A stretch of 64,000 bases of DNA from positions 53,568,001 to 53,632,000 of the forward strand of contig OX597830.1 of NCBI GenBank assembly GCA_951406725.2, written 5' to 3'. Shown here piece after piece: positions 25,961 through 38,505 of this stretch (the first letter of the stretch is position 1; every line of letters begins with the position of its first letter). This DNA is from Octopus vulgaris. Its lineage: Eukaryota. Both the position numbers and the translations under genes were made by a program. The notes beneath the pieces were generated by a model that saw nothing but the letters and a program-made list of their open reading frames with translations, did not search any database and was not told the DNA's origin.

Positions 25961-26596
25961 CCTAGTTATTGCCATTTTCAGCTGATCATATTCATCTTAC
26001 ATTTTTATATTCATAAAATATTTTATAAATCATTTCAAACTGAATTATGTTGTTTTGTTGTCATTGAAGCGTTGTCTGTAGAAATAGTAGCAGACCAAAA
26101 TGCATTACAGCATCTATTTTCTTCCCATTAGTGTGAAGTTGCATGGCCTAGTGGTTAGAGTGTTGCGCTCATGCTTGTGATGTGGTGGTTTTGATTCCTG
26201 AACTGGACGGTGCATCGTGTTTGTGAGCAATACACATCATTTCACATTGCTTTATTCATCTCAGCTGCAAATGACTTCCAGCTATAGCTGGGAAGTTAAT
26301 CCTTCAGTGGACCATCATCCTGTCCAGGGGATTAATGTTGTAATCTCAGTCTTTTATATGCTATGGGAATAGGGTTAAGCTCAGGGTTAAGCTCCAGCCT
26401 TATGAGTTTTAGTCTCCATAACAGACCTAAGTCTAAGAGTTCAGAGTTCAAGCCTTGCTGGAATTGACTTTGTCTCAAATCTCAGGCGTCATTATAAAAT
26501 AAATACCAATCGCATGCTTGGGGCTGAAGATCAGGGTAGGCTTAATCTGCCCATGTTGTGTCTCTGTATATGTGTGTGTGTATATATATATATATT

Positions 26597-26970
26597 TTAT
26601 TCCTTTACTTGTTTCAGTCATTTGACTGTGGCCATGCAGGAGCACCACCTTTACTTGAACAAATTGACCCCAGGAGTTATTCTTTGTTGGCTTAGTACTT
26701 ATTTTATCAGTCCCTTTTGCCGAACCACTAAGTTATGGGGACATAAACACACCAGCATCGGTTGTCAAGCAATGTTGGGCGGGGCCAGACACACACACAC
26801 ATATATATATATACAACGGGCTTCTTTCAGTTTCCATCTACCAGATCCACTCAGGGCTTTGGTTGGCCCTAGGCTATACTAGAAGATACTAACCCAAGGT
26901 GCCACGCAGTGGGACTGACCCCGGAACCGTGTGGTTGGTAAGCAAGCTGCTTACCACACAGCCACTCCTG
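26597..26970 (-). mobile_element. SINE family A
   Basis: Full colinear match to 29990-30476 with internal (CA)/(TA). Confidence 0.8.
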
Positions 26971-26978
26971 CACTTATG

Positions 26979-27041
<63 letters not shown>

Positions 27042-27043
27042 GT

Positions 27044-27082
<39 letters not shown>

Positions 27083-27339
27083 AAGAAAAGGTGTATTCCC
27101 ATGCAGGAAAATATATAGGAAAATTTGTTTTGGGGTTTTGAAAATGTACCTGAATTTGAGAAGTGTGTAGTTGTTTTTAAATAGAGTTATTCACATACAT
27201 ACTAGACTAGTTTCAACAATTTTTTGTTTATCACAGGTACAAATATATATAAACAAGGGGATTTTAACAGTTTAAAATTACAAAGTTTAAACAATCAAAT
27301 GTTCACTTAAATTGAATGAGTCTCGCAGGGATATATATA

Positions 27340-29065
27340 TATATATGTTTTGGATTGCAAGACAGTGTGTGAGAGAAAATTGTGATATCACAGGAGAGAA
27401 ATGTGTTCGAATGGATGATGGTGCACTTTCTTTTAGTGCTTCTGAAAAGAAAGAGGCTTGCAGAAGCCATTATGAAAGACTGCTGAATGTGGAAAATGGG
27501 AGGAGGAGAGCCTGCCAAATGTTGACCCAATAGAGGGACCAGCTATCCCTAGTAGATAAAGCAATTAAGGGTATGAAGCCAGGAAAAGCCCCTGGGCCAT
27601 CAGGAATCACTGCTGAAATGCTTAAAGCATCTGGTGGTGTGGGCTATGGCCTAGTCGCCTGTATTGTAAACCAGGAAGTATGTAACAGAGTCATACCCAA
27701 TGACTGGTGTAGCAGTACCATAGTCAACTGCTACAAGGGTAAAGGTGATGCTCTAGATAGAAATAACTACAGGGGTATTAAACTGCTGGATCAGGTGATG
27801 AAGGTCACAGAGAGGGTCATAGTCCATCTCATTAGGGAGAGAGTCTGCTTAGATGAGATGCAGTTCGATTTTATTCTGGATAGAAGCACCACTGATGCCA
27901 TATTCCTGGTTCGACAACTGCAGGAGAAATACCTAGCTAAAGATAAACCCCTCTACTTAGCTTTTGTGGATTTGAAGAAAGCCTTTGACAGGGTCCCCTG
28001 ATCCCTTATCTAGTGGGCAATGCGGAAACTGGAGATTGATGAATGGATGATAAGGGCTGTACAGGCCCTATACAGAGAGGCCATTAGTACAGTTAGGATT
28101 GGCAACGAGTATAGTGAAGAATTCCGGGTAGAAGTAGGGGTCCACCAAGGTTCAGCCCTTAGTCCCCTTCTATTCATCATAGTCCTCCAGACAATAACAG
28201 GAATTCAAGATGGGTTGCCTCTGGGAGCTCCTCTATGCTGATGATCTGGCCCTCATAGCAGAATCACTACTGGAACTAGAAAAGAAATTTCGGGTGTGGA
28301 AGCAAGGGTTAGAATCAAAGGGCCTTAGAGTAAATGTAGCAAAGACCAAAGTTCTAGTAAGCAGAAAGGCAAACTCATCACACTCCTCCTCAGGTAGGTG
28401 GCTCTGCTCGACCTGTAGAAAAGGTGTAGGTAGAAACTCCATAAGATGTACCCAGTGTAAGCTATGGATGCATAAGAGGTGCGGCAACATCAAAGGAAAA
28501 TTAACCAAGAAGATAGCTTTCATGTGCGGCAAATGCACAGGTGCAATAGACTCCATTGTTACTCAGAAAACAGATTCCATTATACTCCTGGGGAGGGAAC
28601 TAGAAGTAGTTGATAGTTTCCGCTACCTAGGTGACTAAGTTAGTAGTGGAGGTGGATGCTCAGAGAGTGTTACCACTAGAATAAGAATAGCCTGGGCAAA
28701 GTTTAGAAAGCTTCTACCCCTACTGGTGACAAAGGGTCTCTCGCTCAGAGTGAAAGGTAGATTGTACAATGCATGTGTGCAAACTGCCATGCTTCACGGT
28801 AGTGAAACATGGGCTGTGACTGCAGAGGACATGCGTAGGCTTGAAAGAAATGAAGCTAGCATGATCTGCTGGATGTATAATGTCAGTGTGCACAGACGAC
28901 AGAGTGTAAGCACCCTGAGAGAAATGCTGGACATAAGAAGTATCAGATGTGGTGTGCAAGAGAGACGTTTGCGCTGGTATGGTCATGTACTGTGGATGGA
29001 TGAGGAGAGATGTGTAAAGAAGTGGCATTCCCAAACATTTGAAGGTATCCGGGGGAGAGGTATTT
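27340..29065 (+). mobile_element. RTE-clade LINE, truncated and disabled (RT domain plus PHD-like Cys/His finger)
   Basis: MKPGKAPGPSGI, NNYRGIKLL, LAFVDLKKAFDRVP, GVHQGSALSPLLF, LLYADDL and FRYLG motifs are spread over several frames with stops and frameshifts. Confidence 0.92.
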
Positions 29066-29989
29066 AGGAGTGAGTCACTGGTTACTGCCTGCTTAATAAT
29101 CTATCAACGAAGTGATTGGAAATTCTTATCCAGTTAACGTTTTGTTGTAGTACGTCTAGCGTAAGCCATCATTCACTAGTTGAGTCCACTTAGCTGTATG
29201 TAGATACCACTAGATGGTCACAGTCTACAACAGAAGAGGGTAAGAGTCACCTGTGTTGCGCTGGCGCCTTCTCCGGGACCTTTCCTCACTCCACCTCTCT
29301 CTCATACACACAAAGAGAAAAATTGAAGAGTTACCTCCCATTGTGTGTCAGGCTGAGAAATAAACTTGGCAACACTCGTATTGGGACTTTCAACGTCTGA
29401 GATGGTAACTTTCTCGAATAATAGAAACGTTCATTAGTAATTATACAAGTACGAACCAACCCGATAACTATCAACCATGCGATTACACCTTGCTCTCAGG
29501 TAACAATATTTTACAGACTGCTACATTTCAGGAATACTTCAGCCGTCACGAATTTCTGACTCCTCACCCTCCCATCATGTATCTTTTACATTAACATGTA
29601 TCATGTATCGCGTAGCTTTTATATTAAACACTAACACAAATTTTATATCAAGGGACCATTCGTGATTCTGTTCTCTTTACTAGACGTTCAAGTTTTCTTT
29701 TTGAACCGCTAATGATGTTTCGTCGAAGGGCGATAACTCTTCCATAACTAAAAAAAATTTTTTTACCCTTAAGACAACCTTGCTAGAAATAGCAGCAAAT
29801 GCACCACAAACACGGAAAACTTTTTTAAAAAGGAGTACACTGGACAAGGGAAAAAGACGGGATGGAAATGGTTTGTATGTGTTCTTTTTACTCATGATAA
29901 GTCTGTTTTATAAGGGCTGACAATGAGTTTACAACTGACGGATCAAGATTTTAGTGTTGTCGGTCTTATGTAGCCCCATTCCTCACTTT

Positions 29990-30226
29990 ATCTCTTTTAC
30001 TTGTTTCAGTCATTTGACTGCGGCCATGCTGGAGCACCGCCTTTAGTCGAGCAAATCGACCCTAGGACTTATTCTTTGTAAGCCTAGTATTTATTCTATC
30101 GGTCTCTTTTGCCGAACCGCTAAGTCAAGGAGACGTAAACACACCAGCATCGGTTGTCAAGCAATGCTGGGGGGACAAACACAGACAGACACACACACAC
30201 ACACACACACAGACACACACACACAC

Positions 30227-30313
<87 letters not shown>

Positions 30314-30476
30314 CAATGGGCTTCTTTCAGTTTCTGTCTACCAAATCCACTCCCAAGGCTTTGGTCAGCCCGAGGCTATAGTAGAAGACACTTGCCCAAG
30401 GTGCCATGCAGTGGGACTGAACCCAGAACCATGTGGTTGGTAAGCAAGCTACTTACCACACAGCCACTCCTGCGTC
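29990..30476 (-). mobile_element. SINE family A, full length, with expanded internal (CA)/(GACA) microsatellite
   Basis: tRNA-like head at 30400-30476, CORE-like segment, and 3' GACTGAAACAAGTAAAAGA on the minus strand. Confidence 0.85.
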
Positions 30477-31181
30477 TTATAGGTCAACTTTCATTAAGCA
30501 AACTTATTTTATACTGGTAGATGGCTATAGTTGTTGTTGTTTAACCCCAGTCAGCCTTAAATGAGAAGACCTATGATCGAAGGCATTCCACCCAGCCATG
30601 ACCATCCCCTCTTTTTCATATATGCAATGAACGTTGAATCACATTACCTAATGTGTTCTTTTCTAATACTGCAGGGTTAATTTAGTTGCTATTTCTAGTG
30701 GATTGATAGACCATTTATAGACGTTCTTGCTGGCCTGTTAACAAGCAATCTAACTAGAATGTAAGATTCACAAACTCAGAGATCAAAGAATACCATGTCT
30801 TCCCTTGGTTGAAGACAACTATGTATATACTCTAACATAAGCAGGTTAGGGCCACAATCTGTTCCTTTTTGGGCCCTATTTAGTTTCATTACAGTCTGAA
30901 CTGTGTAAACCTTCTTCTTCTTCTTCTTCTTCTTCTTCTTCTTCTCCCCCCTCCTCCTCCTCCTCATGCTACCACCACTTTCTTCTTCTTAATGTTCACT
31001 TTCCATTGCTTGCATGGGTTGGTTGGAGTTTACCTTGTTATTTTCTATGGTCAAATGCCCACCCTTTCCTGTTTCCAATTAAAGTAGTATGTCCCAATGA
31101 CCACACAACACATGTTTATGCAGAATATCAAAACATAGAGGCACAAATACACACACTCATGCACATACATACGTGTAAATA

Positions 31182-32047
31182 AGAAGTCAGATCAATAAGT
31201 ATCCAGTCTGTTGCCATAGTAACGAAGCTAAAGCATGCAGAGTAAAGCTGCTATGCACAGATTGACCTTGAACCCTGCTGTGCATGTGCACTAAGTTTTA
31301 ACATTCTAGCTCACTTCTTCTATTTACAGCAGTGCTTGGAAGGAAGGTGTGTAGCATATGATTGTCACATTGACCATAGAGAAAGTTGTCATGGTGATAC
31401 CTGCTCAGATGTCTATTCAAAGTTGCTGAAAGTGTATGAGCTGCACACAAGTGTACGAGTGGTTCAGATGTTTCCATGATGTCTGAAAAAATATGAATAT
31501 TGATGAATGTTCTGGGAGACTTGCAACCAGCAGAACTGAGAAAAACATCACAGATGTGCATGCAGCTGTGAGGGGAAATCATCGAATCATCATCTGTGAA
31601 TTATCAGAGGATGTGCAGATTAGTTATGGTTCAGTTCAGTCCATTATCACTGAAGATTTGGGTATGAGATGAATATTTACCAAGTTTGTGCCAAAATTTC
31701 TTTCAGCTGACCAAAAAGACACTCGGGTTTCAGTTATATGAAATATCCTTGATTGTATTGAGAATAATGAAAACTTTGCATAGGCCTCTGAGCAGGTATC
31801 ACCAAGCTTTTGGCAAAATTTGATGCAGATTTTCTGCTCAACTTTCTCTGTCGTGGTCAATGTGACAATCAACGCTACACACCTTCCTTCCAAGCACTGC
31901 CGTAAACAGTGGAAGTGAGCTAGTAAGTTAAAACTTAGTGTACATGCACATCAAAGTTCAAGGTCAATCTGTGTCAAATGGCTTTATTCTTTGTGCTTTA
32001 CCTTCATTACCATGGCAACAGTCTGGATACTTATTGATTAGACCACA
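31182..32047. mobile_element. Non-autonomous mariner derivative with ~205-bp inverted ends, TA-flanked
   Basis: 31183-31388 is the reverse complement of 31839-32047. Transposase remnants are EQKICIKFCQKLG (minus) and IICELSEDVQISYGSVQSIITEDLGMR..KFVPKFLS (plus). Confidence 0.85.
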
Positions 32048-32316
32048 TATATGTCACCCCTTTTAGGTATTTTTCATTGATAATGGCTACAAGGCTAGAA
32101 ACATTGCGTCTGGAAATCTGACAGGTGGGGACATTGGGCAGATATGATGTTTTTACACCTTTTTTTTACCATAAGAAAGAATTTTTCTCCTCAGTAACTA
32201 TAGCGAATTTGCCTTTTAGTTGTTGAAATATGTCGCACACATATTTTAACTGCTATGAAGTTTGCTTATGCCTAAAGACTGTAAGGCTGGAACAATGCAA
32301 GAAAGTGCAATGTAAA

Positions 32317-32550
32317 CTACAAAAGGAAAGAAAACAGAATAAAGTTGCAGTTTTACCTTGTATTTCTATATTTTGAGGTAAGCACCCCTTCTTCTGGACA
32401 TTTGGAAAAAGCAGTAGTTGCTCAGATCTGAGCAATGATCTTTTCCAACTACTGCTTTTTCCGAATGTCCTGAAGAAGGGGTCTCCACCCTGAAATATAG
32501 AAGTACAAGGTAAAACTGCAACTTTATTCTGTTTTCTTTTCCTTTTGTAG
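32317..32550. repeat. ~104-bp-arm inverted repeat (probably Penelope terminal-repeat derived)
   Basis: Arms 32317-32420 and 32446-32550 are reverse complements with few mismatches. Weaker symmetry extends to about 32250-32615. Confidence 0.85.
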
Positions 32551-32706
32551 CTTACTTTCTACCTTCTCGCATTTTAAAGTTAGACCTTACAATGCTTCAC
32601 CAAAACTAATATAGCCACTCTTCAGGTCAAAAAATAACATAAAATAAATGGAGATATTATAATCAAACAATAAATATATAAATATATGTATCTTAACAGT
32701 AAATAT

Positions 32707-32740
<34 letters not shown>

Positions 32741-32762
32741 ATGCATGTATATAAATACATGC

Positions 32763-32802
<40 letters not shown>

Positions 32803-32821
32803 GGAGCTTCTACAGGACTAG

Positions 32822-32859
<38 letters not shown>

Positions 32860-32860
<1 letters not shown>

Positions 32861-33680
32861 GGAGAATTCTCAAAAAGGCAAAAGACAAAGACAGATGATG
32901 TAGACAACAAACAGATATATTAGTAAAAAACTCGGGAACCAAAAAAGACTTTAATGTTTCGAGCCTACAATCTTCCACAGAAAGGAACAAGGAGAGAAAA
33001 TAAAGAATATGTAGTGGCTAGCGATCTATCGTGGTGAAGGCTGGACAGAAGGGTCACACAGGAGAGTTAGGGAGAATGGGATTTAACAAAGTGGTGGTGA
33101 TCCCAAAACAAAGGTGCGCGTGTGTATAAGAGAGTAATTGCGTGTGGAAGAGGGCTGGTGATTTTGACGTGTGCATGTGTGTATGTGTAGGTGTGAAAAT
33201 GTGGGTCTGGGAAGTGGTCAATGCTGAGGTGTGCATGGTGGTGTGGTGTGTGGTATGGTGGTATAAGCTGTAGCGGTGTGATGGTGTAAGAGGTGGGGGA
33301 GGCGGGAGTAGGGAAAGCAAGGGGGTAGAGGTGGGGTGTGGGTAGGCAGAGGGTAGTGGTAAAGGTGGAGCATGTGGGAGTGGGTGGGGTTGGAATGTGT
33401 AGGGGTAGGGTAGGCTTACAAAGAAGGGGTCACGATGAAGGAAGGAGAAGGTGGGTAGGAATGAAGAGAAGAGAGAAGGAAGAGTGAAGAGAGAAGATTA
33501 ATCCCTGTTCACATTGCAAACGGGAGTCCAGATGGCCCCTGTGCAAGGACAATCCGAACATGGACAGGTGTTGCAAAGAGTGACCAGTAGATGTATAGAG
33601 AATGGCAAAGAGAGCAGGATTTGCTGTAGATGATAATGGTAGAAGTGTATGTGAAGGAGTTGTTGATGTGATAGGGTAGA
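32860..33680 (-). mobile_element. Penelope-like element remnant (GIY-YIG fragment and 3' terminal region)
   Basis: HINNSFTYTSTIIIYSKSCSLCHSLYI resembles the PLE GIY-YIG start (SFTCTS.NVIYCI.C..C..LYIG). A downstream GAAGA..GGCTCGAAACATT motif is typical of PLE ends. Confidence 0.55.
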
Positions 33681-33699
33681 TATATATATATTATCATCA

Positions 33700-34085
33700 A
33701 CCTCCTCATCGTTTAACGTCCGCTTTCCATGCTGGCATGGGTTGGACGTTTTGACTGAGGACTGGCAAGCCAGATGGCTGCACCAGGCTCCAATTTGATC
33801 TGGCAGAGTTTCTACAGCTGGATGCCCTTCCTAATGCCAACCACTCCATGAGTGTAGTGGGTGCTTTTACATGCCACCGGCACAGGAACCAGTCCAACGG
33901 CACTGGCAACGACCTCGCTTGTATGTTGTCTTTCAAGTGCCAGTAAGGCAACATTGGTAACGATCACGCTCGAATAGTGCTTTTGACATGCCACCAGCAT
34001 GGGAGTCAGTCAATCAGCGGCCCTGGCAATGATCACGCTTGGATGGTGCTCTTAGCACTCCACTAGCATGGATGCCAGTCAAGCG
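33700..34085 (-). mobile_element. RTE 3'UTR fragment
   Basis: Same conserved tail as the other copies. Confidence 0.75.
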
Positions 34086-34112
34086 GTGCTGTCATTGAAT
34101 TTGATTTTAATT

Positions 34113-34847
34113 TCTACAAGTGTACCACCATGCATTTTGAGAGAAAAAACCCTGCGTCCACATACTCCCTCCACAACACTAATATAAAGAAATCCTCTTG
34201 TGAGTGTGACCTAGGCATCACTGTCAGCAGTGATTTGCGTTGGACAAAGCATATCTCTAATATTGTCAAGAAGGCCGAGGGTGTTTTGGCATCACTCAGC
34301 AAGACTTTTGTTAGCCGCTCTCCAGCCATCTATTTAAAACTGAATACAGCTATGGTACGACCACACTTGGAATTCACATCATCAGTTTGGAACCCCTATC
34401 TTGCTCAGAACATTGACCTCCTGGAATCTGTCCAGAGACGTGCAACCAAACGCATACCCTCCATCAGACACCTACCATATTCTGAGCGCCTTGTTTCCCT
34501 GGGCATGGATTCACTGAAGCTCTGGCGTCTGGCGACGGACTTGGTAAACACCCACAAAATTATCAACCACCTCACCAACAACAACACTGAACACCTTTTT
34601 GATCTCCATGTGTCTAACACACGTGGACATGCCTACAAAGTCAGAAAACAACACAGCTCCCATGACTATCGGAAACATTTTTTCACGCTCAGAGTTGCTG
34701 AAGCATGGAATAAACTGCCTGCATCAGTTGTTGACTGCCATGACACTGCATCCTTTAAGGCCCTCATGCTTTCCGAAATCCGCCAAAACTACACCTGATT
34801 ATATATACACTTTAGATGAGTTGTAGTGCACCTGAGCACTGTACACA

Positions 34848-34880
<33 letters not shown>
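34113..34880 (+). mobile_element. CR1/L2-group LINE 3' end, 5'-truncated, (ATT)n tail
   Basis: DLGITVSSDLRW..H, MVRPHLEF..SVWNP, LESVQRRATK, TRGH..K and FFTLRVAEAWNKLP are CR1-type ORF2 C-terminal motifs. Confidence 0.9.
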
Positions 34881-34894
<14 letters not shown>

Positions 34895-35419
34895 TATATT
34901 ATTTCAAATTCTCTCTAAAGGAGACTATGGCAGCAGTACTGGATATTAACAGTTATCGCCAAGCTAACATGGCAGTCCAGAAAAATAGGACGAATGCTGC
35001 CATTGATTAGCTCCAAGAGGCAACTTTTAAAAATCAAAATATTTCTAAATCACAATGCTCAGCCTTTATAACCACAAGAACAACATGCCGCTTCATTTCT
35101 TGAGTAAGCTGGGGAAAGGGCGGGGTCTGCCATTATTGTTTTCTGAAACAAAGATTACATAGAGTTAGCAAAGAATGCAGCAATGACACCCCAAAAGGTA
35201 TATTCTCAAATACCTTACGCATCCTTTACACTGATCGGCATTCAGGCGCCTCCATTATAACACCTTAGTTCACTTCAGTAGCTGTAAAAGACAAACAGTT
35301 ATTAGTGGAAAGTTGCGATTTACAATGTGACATGTAGAGATAAGTACGATTGTACTTGTACAAGTTCCATTTCCTGCAATAACCAAAAGTGGGTCAGGGG
35401 AAATCTTTAATGAAACTTC

Positions 35420-35424
35420 TCATT

Positions 35425-35471
<47 letters not shown>

Positions 35472-35502
35472 ATATATATGTATGTATGTATATATATATA
35501 TA

Positions 35503-35549
<47 letters not shown>

Positions 35550-35591
35550 GTATATATATATATGTGTGTGTGTATATATATATACATACAT

Positions 35592-35642
<51 letters not shown>

Positions 35643-35685
35643 CATACATACATACATACATACATACATACATACATACACACAC
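35420..35685. repeat. Compound (TA)/(TG)/(TACA) microsatellite, one of many (also 14220, 17672, 26980, 41280-41630, 45715, 46115-46280)
   Basis: Direct reading of the sequence. Confidence 0.9.
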
Positions 35686-35896
35686 TCATGCTTACAAAGT
35701 ACTATGCTTACAAAGAATAAATCCCGTCGTCAGTTTCTTTGACTAAAGATGATGCTCCAGCATGGTAGCAGTCACATGACCGAAGCAAGTAAAACAATGA
35801 AAAACTATGCCATTTTAATCCCAAGCAACTCTGGGTATCTCTGCTAGTGTATATGTATACGTGTATGTATATATACATGCATGTGTGTGTGAATAT

Positions 35897-36285
35897 ATCA
35901 TCATCATCATCATCATCATCGTTTAACGTCCGTTCTCCATGCTAGCATGGGTTGGACGGTTCGACCGGGGATCTGGGAAGCCAGAAGGCTGCACCAGGCT
36001 CCAGTCTTATCTGGCAATGTTTCTACAGCTGGATGCCCTTCCTAACGCCAACCACTCCGTGAGTGTAGTGGGTGCTTTTTACGTGCCAACTGCACAGGTG
36101 CCAGGCGAGGCTGGCAACAGCCACGGTCGGATTGGTGTATTTTATGTGCCACCGGCACGGAAGCCAGTCGATGCGGTGCTGGCATTGGCCACGAGTCGGA
36201 TAGTGCTTTTTACGTACCACCAGACCAGGGATCCTGGCTGGTTCAATTCGATTTCGATTTCACTTGCCCCAACATGTCTTCGCAA
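35897..36285 (-). mobile_element. RTE 3'UTR fragment
   Basis: (CAT)n tail. Inverted relative to 36590-37205. Confidence 0.8.
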
Positions 36286-36589
36286 GCAAAGGGGGTTGGC
36301 ATATATATATATATACAAAATGAGATAGGGGTTGCGAGTGTAACCCACTATGGGATAACATATATCCAATATACTTATCTACATGGCTGAAACAGCTGTA
36401 AGATCCTTTTTATATTTATATGTATTGTTCTTATGGTATTATCTTACTCATTGATGTGTACTGTTTTATTCTGTATTATTCTGCTTGATCTGAATGTTCC
36501 TAAACAATTAGTTAATAAATTATATGAATTGGTATTATCTAGCAGTTGATGATTGATTAAAATCTATTCCTCCATTTTCTTATTTTGTA

Positions 36590-37203
36590 TCGAACTTTAG
36601 GCCTCACCGAGGCAATGACCAGTGACCGAGACCTTTGGAAATATGCTGTGCGGGAGAAGACCAGGCAGGACAAGTGAGTCCAGCCCACTTATGCATGTCT
36701 TTCCTCCCTTGGACACACAAAGACCTGTTGACGCAAGCGAAGTCGAAATTGAACCTCATCCAACGACAGGCACCCATGCCAACCCCCCTTCTCTGCTTGC
36801 GAAGACCTGTTGGGGCAAGTGAAATCGAAATCGAAATTGAACCAATCCTATGACTGGCACCCGGCAGTTGCCAGGACCCTTGGACTGGTGGTATGTAAAA
36901 AGTGCTATCCGAATCGTGGCCGATGCCAGTGCTGCCTCGACTGGCTTCCGTGCCGGTGGCACGTAAAATGCACCAATCTGACCGTGGCCGTTGCCAGCCT
37001 CGCCTGGCACCTGTGCAGGTGTCACGTAAAAAGCATCCACTACACTCATGGAGTGGTTGGCATTAGGAAGGGCATCCAGCTGTAGAAACACTGCCAGATC
37101 AGACTGGAGCCTGGTGCAGCCTTCTGGCTTCCCAGATCCCTGGTCGAACCGTCCAACCCATGCTAGCATGGAGAACGGACGTTAAACGATGATGATGATG
37201 ATG

Positions 37204-37205
<2 letters not shown>
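36590..37205 (+). mobile_element. RTE LINE 3' end: ORF C-terminus, complete 3'UTR and (ATG)n tail
   Basis: RTLGLTEAMTSDRDLWKYAVREKTRQDK-stop (RTE-type DR..W C-terminus) precedes the widely dispersed UTR sequence. Confidence 0.8.
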
Positions 37206-37262
<57 letters not shown>

Positions 37263-37333
37263 AATAAATAGATAGATATGCATGTGTGTATATGTGTGTG
37301 TGTGTACATAAATATGCATACACACACACATGT

Positions 37334-37541
37334 AAGGGGGTGTTAAAAAGCACCTGGCTTCGAAGTTATTGCAAAAGACTTGACTGGAATTTCAAGTTCT
37401 TTTACAGGGCTTAGAAAAACTGAAGGACTGCTGCAACAACTGTGTGAATCTGAGAGGGGAATATGTTAAATAAAATCCTAATTAAGTGATCCTCCTGTTT
37501 TTTCTTTCACCAAAAGCCAGGAACTTTTCAGCATACCCTTG
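37334..37541 (+). mobile_element. Short mariner-derived MITE
   Basis: Imperfect ~27-bp TIRs (AAGGGGGTGTTAAAAAG..CCTGGCTT / AAGCCAGG..CTTTTCAGCATACCCTT) and the mariner C-terminal remnant GLEKLKDCCNNCVNLRGEYVK-stop. Confidence 0.75.
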
Positions 37542-37969
37542 TGTGTGTTAATATATATATATATATATATATTAATTTCTTCCCAAAGTGCCTTATTAAG
37601 TACTATTGGGTTGATGGATGAATAAAAATTAGAAATGTCAAACTGGAGTTAAACGAATTTGAATAACACCTGCGTTTAACTCCATTTATTTATTTATACA
37701 TATTATACAAAATATTTCATGTAAACCTGAAGTTTCTACCTTTAAAAACAAGGAGTTACAACCTTTTTACTTGTGTGATTTTCTGCTACCCTGGTAACTA
37801 TTTATCTATTTTTTTCTGTGTTAATTGTTAACAAGGGAAAAATACACACATCTATTTATATAAATTGCGAGGATGATCCGGTTCTTGACTGAAGATCAGA
37901 GGCTTTGAATGACCCGTCTGTGTTTTCGTATCGTCTATTTGAATGTTTTGCGTTTTTGTCCCATTTTGT

Positions 37970-38024
<55 letters not shown>

Positions 38025-38505
38025 TCTTGTGTCTGGGGAGAGTCATTTTCTTTTTGTGCCTTATAATATAACACACTCACCGGTAAAATTTTTTCTTATT
38101 TTTATTTTCCTAAAATTCTTTATATGAGTTCGTGTGTTGAAGCATATTCAAAACAACTGAAAAGGTTGCAAGACGCAACGAAAATTTTAGGAAAATAAAA
38201 ATAAGAAAAAAGTGGAAATATATATATACACACACATACACACGATGACATTTGCCCAAGGTTCTATTCAGAAGGACTGAACTTGAAACGGTATTGTTGG
38301 GAAGCAAACATCTCATTAACATAGCCACATTTGCACTGGTTTACATCTCAATTAAACATTCGTTGACGTCAATTAAGCTAATTATAACCAAATGTACACT
38401 ATTTAATTGTTTTAGGGTGAAACTGAATATATATTCTCATGTTGAACTTATTAATTTGTAAGCATCTGTTAGTAACTAACTGTTTGTAATATTTCTCAAA
38501 CAGCT

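Noticed and set aside
32067-32124. Possible plus-strand mini-exon (VFFIDNGYKARNIASGNLT)
   Set aside because: Weak splice signals, no recognisable homology and no partner exons.
35389-35746. YI/CV/HT-rich ORFs here and at 14201, 30120, 41113 and 45903
   Set aside because: Microsatellite translations.
36320-36400. GAAACAGCTGTA hammerhead half-motif
   Set aside because: The 5' CUGA core is missing. At most a truncated PLE-like remnant.
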